Below are positions 62,168 through 64,000 of a stretch of DNA of 64,000 nucleotides, piece after piece. Each line of letters opens with the position of its first letter. Position 1 is the first letter of the stretch. Source of the stretch: Octopus vulgaris (lineage: Eukaryota). Under the pieces are notes generated by a model that did not search any database, was not told where the DNA came from, and worked only from the letters and a program-made list of their open reading frames with translations. The translations under genes and the position numbers were made by a program. Location of the stretch: positions 84,878,001-84,942,000 of the forward strand of contig OX597819.1 of assembly GCA_951406725.2 (NCBI GenBank), given 5' to 3'.

Positions 62168-64000
62168 GTAGGTTAATAAATAACACTGTATATTGAAATT
62201 TTTCTTTTTTTTTCCTTTGGTCAGTAAGTGTTATTTCCTATCTGCTTCTATCTAGAAATCAAAGGAAAAGGCAACCATTCCCTTCAAATTTTGCTTTTGT
62301 GACCAGAACACCAATGTTTTGCGACTGACCTTTTTTTTCCATTACATTTCAAACAGATTCAATACTGAGTGGCTGAAGCAGAAATATCATTATAGCAAAT
62401 ATTCTGCTCAATACCACAGATTTGTTTGTCAGTTGCTTGATCTTTAACCACTTGAGCACGTCCCTTAGTGGCTGACAGTATGTGCATCCCTGATGATGAG
62501 CAGGAGTAGTAGGGGTGCATCATATCCATGTGTTGAGAGGGATTGGTTGGGGTTTGAATAAATGTAAGAAAAGCAAAGTTTGATGGAAATATTAGCCAGT
62601 TTTCATACTTTCTAGGGGTAAGCAAATAGGAAATAACTGTTACTATCCAAGGACGAAAGTCATGTGACACAGTGTAGTCCTTATCAGTTATTGTGATTTA
62701 TTTTTGATTGAGGAGACAGTTGTGACCATCCCTTCTTTTGACTAGAATATCCAAATCCTTTCTTTTTATTTTTTAAGACAGTAAAGGTATAACTTGAGAG
62801 AAATATTAGTTTCAAATTTTGGAAAAAGGCCAGCATTTTCGGGGAGATGCTAAGTCAATTAAATTGACCCCATTGTTCAACTGGTACTTATTTCATTGAT
62901 CATGAAAGGATGAAAGGCAAGTCAACCCCAGTGGCATTTGAACCCAGAATCTAAGGATGCACAAAATGCTGCTAAACATTTTGCCCGACATGCTAATGAT
63001 TCTGCCAGCTCGCTGCCTTACTTGAGAAAAATATTGCTGTTATCTCTAGCAGGTTGTATGACCATGCAGAGATGCCTTCATTGGCTTGTATGCATCTTTA
63101 CTAGTTATTTATCAACATGTGCACTGTCTTAAGCTCTTTAGCTTTATATCCAACTAGCTAAATATTTGCCCCGGTTACTGCTGATCGTATTCAGATTAGT
63201 AAACGATAAATATGTAAATTTTTTTTTTTCTTGTAATTATTTCAAAATATCTATATTTTATTTTAAAATATCCAAATTGTAATGATAATAGAATTTAGAA
63301 ATGAAAATCCGTCAATCTTGAAGCACCTCAGGGTAAACGATATTCATTGTGTAATTTTTTGCCCAAATAAATTGAGCAAGCAACATAATTTTGGCTGTAG
63401 GAGAAGCGTGTAGTACAGAGATGAAGTCCAACTACCTTGAGGGATTAACCCTGAGATTTGTTAATTGAAATACCAAAACTTAGTTTGACTAGAAACGGAA
63501 GCCTGTTAAATTCAAATGGAACATTTGTAGGTATGAGAGGAAAGCATAACTTTTCACTTCATTTTCTTTGTCAGTTGTCACATATGTATATGTATGTGTA
63601 AATGTATGTCTGTGTACCTAACAAACACACACACTCACAAACATATATACATTCATATACAAAATGTGACGTCATAATTGTTGAATTGTTTACTTAGTTG
63701 TCTATAGTAGTTTTAGATAAAGTGGTATATTGTTTTAATCCAGATGAAAATTAAAATTATCACACATACACCACACACATACACTCTCACATACATATAC
63801 TAATACAGACACACAGAGACATACAGTGATGCACACTTCAGGATAACACTCTCTCTCACTGAATATCAACATCATCATCATTGTTTAATGTCTGCTTCTC
63901 ATGCTGGCATGGGTTTGACGGTTTTGACTGAGGACTGGCAAGCCAGGAGTCTGCACTAGGCTCCAATCTGATCTGGCAAGGTTTCTACAGCTAGATATCC

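Overview
AT-rich, repeat-dense eukaryotic DNA. The tRNA-SINE, RTE-LINE and microsatellite repertoire points to a coleoid cephalopod, most likely Octopus (inference). The main gene is CPSF1 (CPSF160) on the + strand. I traced 24 coding exons from the ATG at 22631 to 62167: all GT-AG, consistent phases, 2916 nt / 972 codons. The gene continues past the window end. A divergent - strand gene has two clear exons (7078-6952, 4903-4860) encoding the start of an RRM, and a likely shared promoter lies near 20.2 kb. The rest is tRNA-derived SINEs, RTE and CR1-like LINE fragments, a ~1.3 kb Tc1/mariner relic nested in a LINE, TTAA-flanked MITEs and microsatellites. The most notable signals are two type-I hammerhead ribozyme folds (31403-31463, 49414-49459) on the sense strand of CPSF1 introns, a perfect 51-bp hairpin just upstream of exon 24, and a ~230-bp-arm inverted repeat after exon 4. 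Most short ORFs in the supplied track are repeat-derived noise.
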